Shown one piece after another: positions 63,080 to 64,000 of a stretch of DNA of 64,000 nt (position 1 is the stretch's first letter; the number at the start of each line of letters is the position of its first letter). The translations under genes and the position numbers were made by a program. Source of the stretch: Candidatus Omnitrophota bacterium. GTDB taxonomy: Bacteria > Omnitrophota > Gorgyraeia > Gygaellales > Profunditerraquicolaceae. The notes under the pieces are model-generated. The model saw only the letters and a list, made by a program, of their open reading frames with translations. It made no database searches and had not been told where the DNA came from. The stretch spans positions 3,237-67,236 of the forward strand of contig WOZK01000017.1 of the NCBI GenBank assembly GCA_011620275.1, in the 5' to 3' direction.

Positions 63080-63229
63080 ATGGCAGAAAAGGGATACTGT
63101 GTGAAGTGCAAGGCCAGCAAGGATATGAAGGAAGAGCAGAAAGTGACCATGAAGAACGGTCGTTCTGCCGTCAAAGGCAAATGCCCGGACTGCGGTACCG
63201 GTATGTATAAAATACTGGGAAAGAAATAA
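63080..63229 (+). CDS. Small Cys4 zinc-ribbon protein (DUF5679-like), 49 aa; not in the supplied ORF track
   Basis: ATG at 63080 preceded by AAGGAGG (63068-63074). MAEKGYCVKCKA...KGKCPDCGTGMYKILGKK has two CxxC pairs. Stop TAA at 63227-63229. Confidence 0.6.
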   Translation: MAEKGYCVKCKASKDMKEEQKVTMKNGRSAVKGKCPDCGTGMYKILGKK

Positions 63230-63319
63230 CTCCCCGGGGAGGCGGGTTTCGACATCGACAACAGGGCTCTATCTCTAAGAATAGTCGGCATCGCCAGGGA
63301 TAAGAAAGCGCAGCGCCCG

Positions 63320-63622
63320 GTGATCCTGGATATGCGCGCCGTCTGCGGGTTCTGCGATTACTTCGTAATAATGAACGGCACTTCCAATACCCACGTAAGG
63401 GCTGTAGCGGAGGCTGTGAGGGAAGAATTGCGGAAAGAAAAGATCAAACCTCTTTCCGATATTCCTTCGCAGGATGAATCCGGGTGGATAGTGTTGGATT
63501 ATTCCGGCGTGGTTGTGCACGTTTTCAACAAGCCGGTGAGGGAGTTTTATGCCCTGGAACGCCTTTGGGCGGACGCCAAGAGAGTAAGGGTGCCGGCGGC
63601 GAAGAGAGCGGCCGCGGCCTGA
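63320..63622 (+). CDS. rsfS: Ribosomal silencing factor RsfS (Iojap family)
   Basis: DYFVIMNGTSNTHVRA and downstream conserved core. GTG at 63320. The RsfS-like N-terminal sequence continues upstream in frame with no canonical start. Confidence 0.8.
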   Translation: MILDMRAVCGFCDYFVIMNGTSNTHVRAVAEAVREELRKEKIKPLSDIPSQDESGWIVLDYSGVVVHVFNKPVREFYALERLWADAKRVRVPAAKRAAAA

Positions 63623-63663
63623 TCACGGACGGGCTTCAGAGTCCGCCGATATCTTCACAATTA

Positions 63664-63703
63664 CCGGCCAGCGGGTGTTCGTACCGCTGGCCGGCTTATT
63701 TGG
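63664..63703 (+). terminator. Rho-independent terminator downstream of rsfS
   Basis: Perfect 11-bp inverted repeat CCGGCCAGCGG / CCGCTGGCCGG with a 9-nt loop, followed by CTTATTTGG. Confidence 0.6.
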
Positions 63704-63775
63704 ATATCGTGCAAAGGTATGGTCGCGTTATACAGCCTGTTCCCGGTTCTGTGCGCGATACAATTTGATTAAAAG

Positions 63776-64000
63776 ATGAACAAAAACGTTGATATAAAAG
63801 AAGTACTCGAAGAACTACTGAAGGAAGAGATCGTTTCGCTCGATCCCGGGTTGAACGCGGTAGCGATAATCTTCGAACTGCCCAGGGAAGGGCGTTTCGG
63901 CGACTTGGCCGTTAACACCGCTATGCAGTTGTGTAAAAAGCTGCGCAAGCCGCCGATGCAGATAGCAGGCGCTCTGGCGGAGGGTTTGAAACGGCGCATA
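63776..64000 (+). CDS. argS: Arginyl-tRNA synthetase, N-terminal fragment (runs off the window end)
   Basis: ATG at 63776. MNKNVDIKEVLEEL...GDLAVNTAMQLCKKLRKPP matches the ArgRS N-terminal add-1 domain. No stop before position 64000. Confidence 0.7.
   Translation, partial: MNKNVDIKEVLEELLKEEIVSLDPGLNAVAIIFELPREGRFGDLAVNTAMQLCKKLRKPPMQIAGALAEGLKRRI

Noticed and set aside
63046-63291. 81-aa minus-strand ORF from the track
   Set aside because: The + strand carries a 49-aa zinc-ribbon ORF with a consensus RBS in the same interval; the minus-strand translation is featureless.

Overview
High-GC bacterial chromosomal segment, almost wall-to-wall housekeeping genes. All roughly 66 genes I can support are on the + strand, tightly packed, with many 1-4 nt start/stop overlaps. 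In order: LPS inner-core/export operon (hldE' -kdsB-kdsA-kdsD-kdsC-lptC/A-lptB), tig-clpP, serC-serA, a lipoprotein with degenerate 5'-nucleotidase-like and DsbA-like domains, an HMGL/LeuA-family synthase, purA, an OmpA-family lipoprotein, a glycogen module (coiled-coil lipoprotein, DUF4912 protein, GH57 branching enzyme), uppS-cdsA-dxr-rseP-ispG-proS, rimP-nusA-infB, trpS, scpA, ruvB, queH, spoIID, queA, tgt, trmD, rplS, rnhB, yraN. Then comes a Wood-Ljungdahl (WL)-type C1 block (fhs-fchA-folD-small DMT protein-metF-degenerate flavoprotein-acsB). After it: a TPR protein, polA, glgA, coaE, rho, rpmE, prfA, prmC, murA, trpGDCFBA, an M16 peptidase, a CorC/CNNM protein, a small zinc-ribbon ORF, rsfS and the 5' end of argS. 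I found no rRNA, tRNA, CRISPR array or mobile element; the long minus-strand ORFs in the track are shadow ORFs of + strand genes. The LPS genes imply a Gram-negative organism, and the fhs/folD/metF/acsB set suggests an anaerobe with a (split) WL pathway; lineage cannot be determined from sequence alone. The most notable features are: (i) a stand-alone acetyl-CoA synthase (acsB) co-located with methyl-branch genes and a degenerate pyridine-nucleotide-disulfide-oxidoreductase-like protein, with no CODH or corrinoid Fe-S protein nearby; (ii) a conserved multi-block, spacing-preserved upstream element shared by two unrelated genes (murA and the degenerate flavoprotein); (iii) domain-loss variants of core proteins (PPIase-less trigger factor, INS-less ProRS with a Cys4 insertion, exo-dead Pol I, an LptC-LptA-like fused ORF); (iv) a fused pseudo-phosphoesterase/thioredoxin-like lipoprotein.
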